NCBI RefSeq assembly: GCF_963921235.1
Contig: NC_086108.1
Span: 113,090,001-113,154,000, forward strand
Length of the DNA: 64,000 nt
DNA from: Mobula hypostoma
Taxonomy: Eukaryota
Direction of reading: 5' to 3'
The position numbers and the translations under genes were made by a program. The notes below the pieces were generated by a model. That model saw nothing but the letters and a program-made list of their open reading frames with translations, searched no databases and was not told where the DNA came from. Positions 38,440 through 51,228 of this stretch are shown piece by piece; position 1 is the stretch's first letter; every line of letters starts with the position of its first letter.

Positions 38440-40565
38440 AAGGATGCTCGACAGCTGTGGCAGGGGTTAAGTCCTATCAACTCCTACAAAGTTAAATCAA
38501 GCAACATAGGTGACAACAGGCTTAGCCTCCAGATGAGCTCAATGCCTTTTATGCTCGCTTTGACCATCAAGACATGAGGGCAACTTCACGGACCCCCACA
38601 GCCCCTGATGACACCGTGATTTCAATTTCTGAGGCCAATGAGAGAGAGTTGTTCAGGAAGGTGAACCCATGGCCAACGACTAAAGACCTGTGCTAATCAC
38701 CAGTACTTCTCACTTTGGCAGTCTGAGGTACCACGTGCTTCAAGCAGGATTCAATTGTACCAGTGCGCAAGAAAAACACCGTAACTTACCTCAATGACTA
38801 TTGTCCACCAGCACTTGCATCCTCTGTGATGAAGTGCTTTGAGAGGCTAGTGATGCTGGTGATGAAACATATCAACTCCTGCCTGAGAAGTGACTTGGAT
38901 CCACTCCAATTTGTGTACCACTACAACAGATGCCAATTCATTGACTCTTCACTAAATCCTGGAATATCTGGACAGTGAAGATACATACATTTGCATGCTT
39001 ATCATTACCACAGCTCAGCATTCAATACTATCATCTCCTCAAAACTAATCAATAAGCTTTAAGACCTTGGCCTCAATATCTCCTTGTGCAACTGGATCCT
39101 CAATTTCCGCACTTGTGGACCCCAGTCAGTTTGGATTGGTAGTGACATCTCTTCCATTAGCATGTGCACCACAAGACTGTGTGCTTAGCCCCCTGCTCTA
39201 CTCGCTTTACATTTATGACTGTGTGGCTAAGCACAGCTCCAATTCCATATTCAAGTCTGCCGATGACAACATTGACATTGACAGATCAAAGGTGGGGAGG
39301 AATCAGCACATAGGAGGGAGACTGAAAATCTGGCTGAGTCGTGCCATAACTAAAACCTCTCTCTCAGTGTCAGGAAAAAAACAAAGAGATGATTATTGAT
39401 TTCAGGAGTAGGAAACCGGAGGTCCATGAGCCAGTCCTCATTGGGGGATCAAAGGTGGAGAGGGTCAGAGCTTTAAATTCCTAGGTGTTGTCATTTCAGA
39501 GGATTTGTCCTCGGCTCAGCATGAAGGTCATTATGAAGAAAGCACAGCAGTGTCTCTACTTGCTTAAAATTATGTGAAGACTCTATGGCATCGAAAACTT
39601 TGACGAATTTCTACAGATGTATGGTGCAGAGTATATTTACTGGTTGCATCACAGCCTGGTTTGGAAACACCGATGCACTTAAACAGAAGATCCTACAAAA
39701 AGTAGTGGATACAGCCCAGTCCATCATAAGGAAAGCCCTCACCACCACTGAGCGCATCTACATATGCTACAGGAAGGCAGCATCCATCATCAGGGACCCC
39801 CACCATCCAGGCCAGGCTCTCTACTTGCTGCTGCCATCAGGGAGGAGGTACAGGAGCCTCAGGACTCACACCATCAGGTTCAGCAACAGTTATTGCTCCT
39901 CAACCATTGGGGTCTTGAACCAGATGGGATAAATTTACTCAACTTCACTCGCTTCCACAACCAATGGCCTCACTTTCAAGGACATATAAGATTATTAAGG
40001 AATTGGACACGCTGGAGGCAGGAAGCATATTCCCGCTGATGGGTGAGTCCAGAACCAGAGGCCACAGATTAAGAATAAGGGGTAGGCCATTTAGAACGGA
40101 GTTGAGGAAAAACTTTTTCACCCAGAGAGTGGTGGATATATGGAATGCTCTGCCCCAGAAGGCAGTGGAGGCCAAGTCTCTGGATGCTTTCAAGAAAAAG
40201 ATGGATAGAGCTCGTAAAGATAGTGGAATCAAAGGTTATGTGGATAAGGCAGGAACCGGATACTGATTGTGGATGATCAGCCATGATCACAGTGAATGGT
40301 GGTACTGGCTCGAAGGGCCGAATGGCCTATTCCTGCACCTATTGTCTATTGCACTTCATCTCATGCGTCTATATTTATTGTTTATTATTTATTATTATTA
40401 TTTCCTTTTACTCACTGTCTTTTTGTATTTGCACAGTTTGTTGACTGTTTTAAACATTGGTTGTTGTTTGGTGCAGTCTTTCATTGACTCTATTATGTTA
40501 TTTGTATTTACTGTGAATGCCTGCAAGAAAATGAATCTCAGAGTTGTATATGGTGACATATCTAT
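38440..40565 (+). mobile_element. Decayed Rex1/Babar-type LINE, interrupted by a CR1 3' fragment (about 39983-40350)
   Basis: LNDYCPPAL...[39 protein letters not shown]. Confidence 0.8.
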
Positions 40566-41364
40566 ACTGGTGAAGTCTCACCGGTGCTTTATAAAGCCTC
40601 AGTATAACATACTTGCTTTTAAATTCTAATCCTCTTGAAATGAATACGAACATCATATTCATACCTTCACCACCACCTACTCAAGCTGCAAATTAACCTT
40701 TAGGGAATCCTGCACAAGGCCTCCCAAGTACCATTGTATCTCAGACTTTTGTATTTTCTCTCCATTTAGAAAATAGTCTACTCTTTTACTTCTTCTAGCA
40801 CAGTGCATGCTCATACACTTCCCGACACTGTATTCCATCTGTGAGTTCTTTGCCCATTCTCCTAACGGACTTACTGATTGCATCACTGGCTACATCAACT
40901 GTCTGCAGACTGTAGTACCATCAAGGACTGTTTGCTACTTCCCTAAGAACAAGCCATGGGTCACCAGTGATCTGAAGGCTGTTCTCCACCACAGAAAGAG
41001 AGCCTTTAGAGGAGTTGAAAAGTGCAGAGGGAGATAAAGGTGAAGATCAAGGTGGCTGAAGAGGAATACAGGAGAGAGATGGAGAACAAGCCTGGGCAGA
41101 GTAGCCCACAGGAGGTGTGGAGAGGTATGAAGAACATCACTGGCTGTAAACCCTTGGAATGCAGCTGAGAACGGGCTAATGAGTTAAACCAATTCTTCAA
41201 TAGGTTTGGCAATTGTCCCCCTGTTCACCACCACCCCAGCACACCAGTCCAGGTGCCGAGGCACCCAATGCTCCCTCAGCACCAACACCTCCCCTCCTCC
41301 CCCTTCCCTATCCAGTGCAACACGTGGATGAACAACACAGGCTACCACTGTCCACACCCGCAAC

Positions 41365-42080
41365 CTACCTCTCGGCTCCTAAACTCAATCCCACGATTGA
41401 TGAAGGCCAATGCACCGTATGCTTTCTTAACCACAGAGTCAACCTGTGTAGCATCCTTGAGTGTCCTATGGACTCGGACCCCAAGATCCCTCTGATTCTC
41501 CACACTGTCAAGAGTCTTACCATCAATACTATATTCTGCCATCATATTTGACCTACCAAAATGAACCACCTCACACTTATCTGGGTTGAACTCCATCTGC
41601 CACTTCTCAACCCAGTTTTGCATCCTATCAATGTCCCGTTGTAACCTCTGACAGCCCTCCACACTATCCACAACACCCCCGACCTTTGTGTCATCAGCAA
41701 ATTTACTAACCCATCCCTCCACTTCCTTATCCGGATCATTTATAAAAATCACAGAGAGTCGGGGTCCCAGAACAGTTCCCTGAGACACACCACTGGTCAG
41801 AACCTCCATGCAGAATGTGACCCGTCTACAACCACTCTTTGCCTTCTGTGTGCAAGCCAGTTCTGGATCCAAAGCAATGTCCCCTTGGATCCCATGCCTC
41901 CTTACTTTCTCAATAAGCCTTCATGGGGTATCTTATCAAATGCCTTGCTGAAATCCATATACACTACATCTACAGCTCTACCTTCATCAATGTGCCCAGT
42001 AACATCCCCAAAAAATTCAATCAGGCTCGTAAGGCATGACCTGCCTTTGACAAAGCCATGCTAACTATTCCTAATCATAT
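41365..42080 (-). mobile_element. CR1 RT fragment
   Basis: SGVSQGTVLGP, KFADDTK, MEFNPDKC. Confidence 0.85.
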
Positions 42081-43526
42081 CAACCAACACACACAAAAAA
42101 TGCTGGTGAACACAACAGGCCAGGCAGCATCTATAGGAAGAGGTACAGTCGACGTTTAGGGCCGAGACCCTTCGTGAGTCCTGGTGGGTTCAAACACAAG
42201 CTACTCTAAAAAGCCATCTCACAGGCATTCTAAAAATTCTCCCTCTTGAGATCCAGAATCACCCTGATTTCCCCAATCTACCTGCATATTGAAGTCCCCC
42301 ATGACAATTGTAACATTATCTGTTTGGCTGCATTTTCTATCTCCCATTGTAATTGTAGACCACATCCTTACTACTGTTTTGGGGATCTGTATACAACTCT
42401 CAGCTGGGTCTTTTTACCTTTGCAGTTCCTTAGCTCTATCTACAATCATCTAACACCTTCTGACTCTATGTCACCTCTCTCTAATGATTTGATTCAATTT
42501 TTACCAACAGGGCCACGCCACCTCCTCTGCCTTCCTGCCTGTCCTTTTGATACAATGTGTATCCTTGGACATTGAGCTGCCAGATATAATCTTCTTCCAG
42601 CCATGATTCAGTGATGCCTACAACGCCATACTTGCCAATCTGTAAATGTGCTACAAGTTCATCAACCTTTTTCCGTATACTGAGCACATTCAGGTATAAC
42701 ACTTCCAGTCACTGGTCGGTCACTGTGGAGGCCAAGTCATTGGGTTTGTTTAACACAGAGGTTGATAGATTCTTGATTAGTCAGAGTCTGAAGGGATACG
42801 GGGAGAAGGCAGGAGATTGGGTCTGAGAGGGAAATGGATCAGCCATGATGAAATGTCAGAGCAGACTCAATGGGCCAAAGGGTCTAATTCTCCTCCTATA
42901 TCTTATGGTTGAAAACACTAAACAAACAGTGAAAAGCATCATTTGCATCAACAACCAACACAGTCCAGGGATGTGCTGGGGATAGGTTGCAAATGTCGGC
43001 ATGCTTCCGGCACCAAAATAGTATGCCCACAACTTGCTAACCCTAACCCATATCTCTTTGGAGGTGGGAGGGCACTGGAGCACCTGGAGGAGACCCATTC
43101 GGTCTCGGAGAAAATGTACAAATCCCTTACTGACAGCAGCAGAACTGAACCCAGCTCGCTGGTGCTGTAAAGAAGCACCACGCTCACCACTATGCTACCT
43201 GGTCCCAATCTGAAGTTACATCTAACATCTGTCTGACTGAAATGTGTCAAGGAGTTTCGGGAAATACTGTGTCAATACTTCAAAGTTCTGGAAACAGTTG
43301 AGGCTGATCTGGAACTATTTATGTTCCAAATGTTCAGATTTTTAAAGCTGATCACACTTGCAATACAGACATGCACTGAATATGCAAAACAAACCATTTC
43401 TAAGCTAAAAACCTTATGGACAAGACACTTAATTAGCTCAGTGTAAATGGTCGACAGAATTACTGCTGGAGGCTTCGATCCATTTAGCCGATGATCGACA
43501 GTCTCTAAACTCATGTCCGTTTTATA

Positions 43527-43845
43527 CACTCCGTGGCCACTTTATTAGGTACACCAGTGCACCTGCTCATTAATCAAATATCTTATCAGCCAATCACGTG
43601 GCAGCACCTTATTGCATAAAAGAATGCAGACATCGTCAAGAATCAGTTTTTGTTCAGAGACCCAACATCAGAATGGAGAAGTAGTATGATCTAAGTGACT
43701 TTGACTGTGGAATAATTGTTGGTGCCACGCAGAATGGTTTGAGTATTTGAGAAACTACTGATCTGGGAACTTTCATGCACAACAGTCTTTATAGTTTACA
43801 GATAATGATGCGAAAAAGAAAAAATCATCTAATAAATGGCAATTT
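43527..43845 (+). mobile_element. Tc1/mariner left-end remnant
   Basis: TA followed by cactccgtggccactttattaggtacacc, a Tc1-type TIR, then decayed transposase N-terminal sequence. No right TIR seen. Confidence 0.65.
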
Positions 43846-44112
43846 TAGGTCACCTAGCGAAGGTGTCCTATGTATAAAGACTCAAGACATTTGAGGACCT
43901 CAGCTTACATTGCTGATGATCTAGAACTATTTATACACACCAGGTTAATAAAGCCAATTAGTGTTGGACCAGGTTAATGAAAGGAATGGGCCAGGTCAAA
44001 CTAGTAGGGTCAAGTTACTCTGAAATTTCTGTAATGAGATCAAGAAAAACAAGTGGGATAATTTTCCTGCTGCCCACATAATTACATCCCAAACTTAAAC
44101 CTAACTCTGGCC

Positions 44113-45411
44113 CCCCCACCCCCACAATCCTTTGCCTTGACACCCTACACTGGAGCACCCATTCCCTGCAATTCATCACCCACCCCGACAATCCCTTTCC
44201 TAGATACCCCACACTGGAGCACCCATTTCCTACAATCCATCACACACCCCCACAATCCCTTTCCTAGATACCCCACACTGGAGCACCCATTCCCTACAAT
44301 CCATCACCCACCCCCACAATCCCTTTCCTAGATACCCCACACTGGAGCACCCATTCCCTACAGTTCATCACTCACCCCCACAATCCCTTTCCTAGATACC
44401 CCACACTGGAGCACCCATTCCCTGCAATTCATCACACACCCCGACAATCCCTTTCCTTGATACCCCACACTGGAGCACCCATTTCCTACAATCCATCACA
44501 CACCCCGACAATCCCTTTCCTATATACCCCACACTGGAGCACCCATTCCCTACAGTTCATCACACACCACCCACAATCCCTTTCCTAGATACCCCACACT
44601 GGAGCACCCATTCCCTACAGTTCATCACACACCACCCACAATCCCTTTCCTAGATACCCCACACTGGAGCACCCATTTCCTACAGTTCATCACCCACCCC
44701 CACAATCCCTTTCCTAGATACCCCACACTGGAGCACCCATTCCCTACAGTTCATCACACACCACCCACAATCCCTTTCCTAGATACCCCACACTGGAGCA
44801 CCCATTCCCTGCAATTGATCACCCACCCGGACAATCCCTTTCCTAGATACCCCACACTGGAGCACCCATTCCCTACAATCCATCACACACCTCCCACAAT
44901 CCCTTTCCTAGATACCCCACACTGGAGCACCCATTCCCTACAATCCATCACACACCTCCCACAATCCCTTTCCTAGATACCCCACACTGGAGCACCCATT
45001 CCCTACAATCCATCACACACCCCGACAATCCCTTTCCTAGATACCCCACACTGGAGCACGCATTCCCTGCAATTGATCACCCACCCCGACAATCCCTTTC
45101 CTAGATACCCCACACTGGAGCACGCATTCCCTACAATCCATCACACACCCCGACAATCCCTTTCCTAGATACCCCACACTGGAGCACCCATTCCCTACAA
45201 TCCATCACACACCACCCACAATCCCTTTCCTAGATACCCCACACTGGAGCACCCATTCCCTACAATCCATCACACACCCCGACAATCCCTTTCCTAGATA
45301 CCCCACACTGGAGCACCCATTCCCTACAATCCATCACACACTCCCACAATCCCTTTCCTAGATACCCCACACTGGAGCACCCATTGCCTACAATCCATCA
45401 CACACCACCCA
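44113..45411 (+). repeat. 64-65-bp minisatellite, about 20 copies
   Basis: Unit acaatccctttcctagataccccacactggagcacccattccctacaatccatcacacacccc(c/g); starts at 44252, 44316, 44380, 44444, 44508, 44573. Confidence 0.96.
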
Positions 45412-45837
45412 CACCAAACGTACGTAATAACCTCAACATTTTAACATATTCATAACCATAAACCTTAAAATTTGTGTAAGGAGGAGGAATATCCCAATAA
45501 AGGCAAGTGTTGGACCTGGTTAATGAAGGCATGGGCCAGATCGAAGTGGCAGGGTTGCTTGATACGGAATCTCCAGTAACGAGATAAAGAAACAGAAGAG
45601 GGATCATTTTAACAGTGCCCGCATAATTACAATACCTTTTGCAGGGTGGGTAGTGTGCCCAGTGATTATTTTGTGCCCACTTCTTTGTCCTGGACACAAA
45701 CAAGTCCTGCAGTGATGATAGAATGCAGACATTGACATTTTCTAATGGCCTGACAGCTCACTGTAGTTTTCCATATTGTGAGGGGATGCTGCACCAGACC
45801 AGACAGTACTGGCTGATGTGAAGACACTCTCCATGAA

Positions 45838-48800
45838 GACTTCCTCACTGGGAAACACAGTCAGTCACTCCCTCACCGGGACACCACAGTCAGTCACTTC
45901 CTCATCGGGAAACACAGTCAGTCACTTCCTCACTGGGAAACACAGTCAGTCACTTCCTCATCGGGACACCACAGTCAGTCACTTCCTCACCGGGAAACAC
46001 AGTCAGTCACTTCCTCATCGGGAAACACAGTCAGTCACTTCCTCACCGGGACACAGTCAGTCACTTCCTCACCGGGAAACACAGTCAGTCACTTCCTCAC
46101 CAGGAAACCAAAGTCAGTCACTTCCTCACCGGGACACTATAATCAGTCACTTCCTCACAGGGACACCACAGTCAGTCACTTCCTTACTGGGAAACACAGT
46201 CAGTCACTTCCTCATCGGGAAACACAGTCAGTCACTTCCTCACTGGGAAACACAGTCAGTCACTCCCTCACCGGGACACCACAGTCAGTCACTTCCTCAT
46301 CGGGAAACACAGTCAGTCACTTCCTCACTGGGAAACACAGTCAGTCACTTCCTCATCGGGAAACACAGTCAGTCACTTCCTCACCGGGACACTATAATCA
46401 GTCACTTCCTCACAGGGACACCACAGTCAGTCACTTCCTCATCGGGAAACACAGTCAGTCACTTCCTCATCGGGAAACACAGTCAGTCACTTCCTCACCG
46501 GGACACTATAATCAGTCACTTCCTCACAGGGACACCACAGTCAGTCACTTCCTTATCGGGAAACACAGTCAGTCACTTCCTCATCGGGAAACACAGTCAG
46601 TCACTTCCTCACTGGGAAACACAGTCAGTCACTCCCTCACCGGGACACCACAGTCAGTCAGTTCCTCATCGGGAAACACAGTCAGTCACTTCCTCACCGG
46701 GAAACACAGTCAGTCACTTCCTCACCAGGAAACCAAAGTCAGTCACTTCCTCACCGGGACACTATAATCAGTCACTTCCTCACAGGGACACCACAGTCAG
46801 TCACTTCCTTACTGGGAAACACAGTCAGTCACTTCCTCATCGGGAAACACAGTCAGTCACTTCCTCACTTGGAAACACAGTCAGTCACTCCCTCACCGGG
46901 ACACCACAGTCAGTCAGTTCCTCATCGGGAAACACAGTCAGTCACTTCCTCACTGGGAAACACAGTCAGTCACTCCCTCACTGGGACACCACAGTCAGTC
47001 ACTTCCTCATCGGGAAACACAGTCAGTCACTCCCTCACCGGGACACCACAGTCAGTCACTTCCTCACGGGAACACCACAATCAGTCACTTCCTCACCGGG
47101 ACACAGTCAGTCATTTCCTCACAGGGACACCACAGTCAGTCACTTCCTCACCGGGAAACACAGTCAGTCACTTCCTCATCGGGAAACACAGTCACTCACT
47201 TCCTCACCGGGACACAGTCAGTCACTTCCTCACAGGGACACCACAGTCAGTCACTTCCTCATTGGGAAACACAGTCAGTCACTTCCTCATCGGGAAACAC
47301 AGTCAGTCACTTCCTCACTGGGAAACACAGTCAGTCACTCCCTCACCGGGACACCACAGTCAGTCAGTTCCTCATCGGGAAACACAGTCAGTCACTTCCT
47401 CACCGGAAAACACAGTCAGTCACTTCCTCACCAGGAAACCAAAGTCAGTCACTTCCTCACCGGGACACTATAATCAGTCACTTCCTCACTGGGACACCAC
47501 AATCAGTCACTTCCTCACTGGGACACCACAATCAGTCACTTCCTCACCGGGACACAGTCAGTCACTTCCTCACTGGGAAACACAGTCAGTCACTTCCTCA
47601 TCGGGAAACACAGTCAGTCACTTCCTCACTGGGAAACACAGTCAGTCACTCCCTCACCGGGACACCACAGTCAGTCAGTTCCTCATCGGGAAACACAGTC
47701 AGTCACTTCCTCACCGGAAAACACAGTCAGTCACTTCCTCACCAGGAAACCAAAGTCAGTCACTTCCTCACCGGGACACTATAATCAGTCACTTCCTCAC
47801 TGGGACACCACAATCAGTCACTTCCTCACTGGGACACCACAATCAGTCACTTCCTCACCGGGACACAGTCAGTCACTTCCTCACTGGGAAACACAGTCAG
47901 TCACTTCCTCATCGGGAAACACAGTCAGTCACTTCCTCACTGGGAAACACAGTCAGTCACTCCCTCACCGGGACACCACAGTCAGTCAGTTCCTCATCGG
48001 GAAACACAGTCAGTCACTTCCTCACCGGGAAACACAGTCAGTCACTTCCTCACCAGGAAACCAAAGTCAGTCACTTCCTCACCGGGACACTATAATCAGT
48101 CACTTCCTCACAGGGACACCACAGTCAGTCACTTCCTTACTGGGAAACACAGTCAGTCACTTCCTCACTGGGAAACACAGTCAGTCACTCCCTCACCGGG
48201 ACACCACAGTCAGTCACTTCCTCATCGGGAAACACAGTCAGTCACTTCCTCACTGGGAAACACAGTCAGTCACTTCCTCATCGGGACACCACAGTCAGTC
48301 ACTTCCTCACCGGGAAACACAGTCAGTCACTTCCTCATCGGGAAACACAGTCAGTCACTTCCTCACCGGGACACAGTCAGTCACTTCCTCACAGGGACAC
48401 CACAGTCAGTCACTTCCTCACTGGGAAACACAGTCAGTCACTTCCTCACTGGGAAACACAGTCACTTCCTCACTGGGAAACACAGTCAGTCACTTCCTCA
48501 CCGGGACACCACAGTCAGTCACTTCCACACCGGGACACAGTCAGTCACTTCCTCACGGGGGCATCACAGTCAGTCACTTCCTCACCGGGACACCACAATC
48601 AGTCACTTCCTCACCAGGAAACACAGTCAGTCACTTCCTCACCGGGACACCACAGTCAGTCACTTCCACACCGGGACACAGTCAGTCACTTCCTCACGGG
48701 GACATCACAGTCAGTCACTTCCTCACCGGGACACCACAATCAGTCACTTCCTCACCAGGAAACACAGTCAGTCACTTCCTCACCGGGACACCACAGTCAG

Positions 48801-49168
48801 TCACTTCCTCACGGGGACACCACAATCAGTCACTTCCTCACCGGGACACAGTCAGTCACTTCCTCACCGCGACACCACAGTCAGTCACTCCCTCACCGGG
48901 AAACACAGTCAGTCACTTCCTCACCAGGAAACCAAAGTCAGTCACTTCCTCACCGGGACACTATAATCAGTCACTTCCTCACTGGGACACCACAATCAGT
49001 CACTTCCTCACTGGGACACCACAATCAGTCACTTCCTCACCAGGAAACCACAGTCAGTCACTTCCTCACCGGGATACACAGTCAGTCTCTTCCTCACCAG
49101 GAAACACAGTCAGTAACTTCCTCACCGGGACACAGTCAGTCACTTCATCACCGGGACACCACAGTCAG
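45838..49168 (+). repeat. 26/28/29-bp minisatellite, roughly 115-120 copies, with higher-order structure
   Basis: Core cagtcagtcacttcctca(c/t)(c/t)ggga with linkers aaca, cacca or ca. Confidence 0.97.
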
Positions 49169-50328
49169 TTAATGATTGGGGTTCATGGCATAAACAATGT
49201 TCGGAACCGCTGACCCATCGGGGATGAAGAAGGTTTGGTTTGTTACCCAACACTTTAACAAGCTTCTACAGATGTACCGTTGACAGTGTCCTGACTGGTT
49301 GCATAATGGCAAAACAGTAAGGCAATTCAAAGGCATAGGAATTCAGAAACTGTAGAGAGTAGTGATCTCTGCCTGATACATCACGGCCACATCCCTCCAC
49401 TTCAACTAAATATATCACTTTTGTTTAGTTTATGGTTTTCTTGTGAACACTGCTTATCTGATGCTTTGTGCCCATGATGCTGCTGCAAGAGAATTTTTCA
49501 TTACACAAGGCACTAAACTCAACTTGACCTTTCAGTTCTTTTAGTTCATTCACCGAATTCAGGAATGTGCTTTCAGCGCGACTGAATCTCCCTTCCCACG
49601 GAAAGCAGCAAATTGTCATCCAATTAGATCCTCGGAGCATCTGCTGCCATACCTACAATGCTGTGGAAAAGGATCAGAACCCGCTGTTTATCTGCTATCT
49701 GGGATACTCAGCCCATGCCACGACAAGGTAGATGCTAGAGTTAACCACGGAATTCCTTATCAAACCCAGCAGGAAGTGTTCTCAGAGGTTCCGTGACACT
49801 GCAGTCCAGGCCTGATTAGTAATCTGTCCAGCCATCTTCCTGCCAAATTGGTTACAGCTGTTCTTGCCCTTCAGAATTACAAAGTGATCAGCATTCCCAC
49901 CACAAACTCTACTGGGCTTTGTATTTCAATTGTGATCTATAGTCGAATTGATTTGAGAGCATGTTTTTTCCTGGAATGGGATTGAACAAGCTTGTGAACT
50001 GGCCTGCTATAGAGACACAGAGCACTACAGCACAGAAACAGACCTTGTGGCCCATCTGGTGCATGCTTGGGTATTATACTGCCTAGTTCCATTGATGCCC
50101 ACCTGGACCATTGCCCTCCATACCCCTCCCATCACGTACTTGTCCAAATTTCTCTTAAAAGCTGAAATGGAGGGAGACTTCCGGTAGCGCTCATGGAGTG
50201 AAGTCGCGTTCTTGACTCGCTCCATTACCTCTGAGTTTTTTTTCTCTATGGTCAGCTATACTTTAATTAACCATTAAGGCATCAATTTTTACAATACTTT
50301 GAATTAAACTGAATTCTCCGACAATTGG

Positions 50329-51228
50329 ATGATACTTAGATCTGCTATGTCTAAGAACGGGAAAAACGGCAAGGATGGTAAACCTCCGGTTAAACCGAAA
50401 GCTACGGATTTCCCCCCGACTGAATCACCGGTGACTTTGAAAGCGATATCGGAGTTAATTCAGAGGGAAATTTCAACCTCTGTTAGGGAGATGATTCGTA
50501 CGGAAATTGCAGGCTCTGTTAAAGACCTGATTCATACGGAAATCTCAACTAATTTCCAGAAAATTGCCGATTTAATTGATAAGATGCAAACATGTATTGC
50601 GGAACATCAGTCGGCTATATCTGATCTTCAAAAATTCGCGCAACAAACTGAGCTTAAGATGGGGAAAATCGAAGAAACAATTAATGTAATGAAGAAGAAA
50701 CTTGACTTTTTGACTTTTAAAAACTCTGACTTGGAATCTAGAATGCGACGGCAGAATTTACGAATGATTGGCGTGAGGGAAGCCGCTGAAGGTAACAACC
50801 CCATGAAATATTTCTCCCAACTTTTAAAAGATGCATTCCCTACTGTATTTCCTGACCAACCACCGCTACTGGATCGTGTTCACAGAATCCCATCATACTC
50901 GTCTAGGTCAGATAGACCTAGGCATGTTATTTTACGTTTTCATTATTTTCAAGACAAGGAGAGACTGTTTCGATTCGCTCGATCTAAAGGTTTCATTGAT
51001 TTTTCGGATCTTAAGTTCCGATTCGTGGAAGATTTCAGTAAACCAATCTGGGACCAACGGGTCCGTTACAGATCCGTGATGTCGGAATTCTATAAGATGG
51101 ATTTAAGACCAGCGCTGCTGTACCCTGCACGTCTAAGGATTCGCATGTTAGATGGAGCCCTTCGTTTTTTTGATTCTCCATCGGATGCCCAGAGTTATCT
51201 GGATCAACTTTCATCTTCAACATCTTAA
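50329..51228 (+). CDS. L1 ORF1p (coiled coil, RRM, CTD), 299 aa, open
   Basis: Heptad-like N-half. Motifs RRQNLRMIGVRE, LDRVHR, RPRHVILRF, FVEDFS and LLYPARL are typical of L1 ORF1p. Confidence 0.92.
   Translation: MILRSAMSKNGKNGKDGKPPVKPKATDFPPTESPVTLKAISELIQREISTSVREMIRTEIAGSVKDLIHTEISTNFQKIADLIDKMQTCIAEHQSAISDLQKFAQQTELKMGKIEETINVMKKKLDFLTFKNSDLESRMRRQNLRMIGVREAAEGNNPMKYFSQLLKDAFPTVFPDQPPLLDRVHRIPSYSSRSDRPRHVILRFHYFQDKERLFRFARSKGFIDFSDLKFRFVEDFSKPIWDQRVRYRSVMSEFYKMDLRPALLYPARLRIRMLDGALRFFDSPSDAQSYLDQLSSSTS

Noticed and set aside
45818..48095. 551-aa and 408-aa ORFs
   Set aside because: Translations of the stop-poor 28-bp minisatellite; no domain, and several frames are open.
44113..49168. 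CRISPR-like appearance of the regular repeats
   Set aside because: Head-to-tail units without unique spacers, no cas genes, vertebrate intronic context.
45838..49168. CACAGTC resembling the V(D)J recombination signal heptamer
   Set aside because: No ACAAAAACC nonamer at 12 or 23 bp and no antigen-receptor segments.
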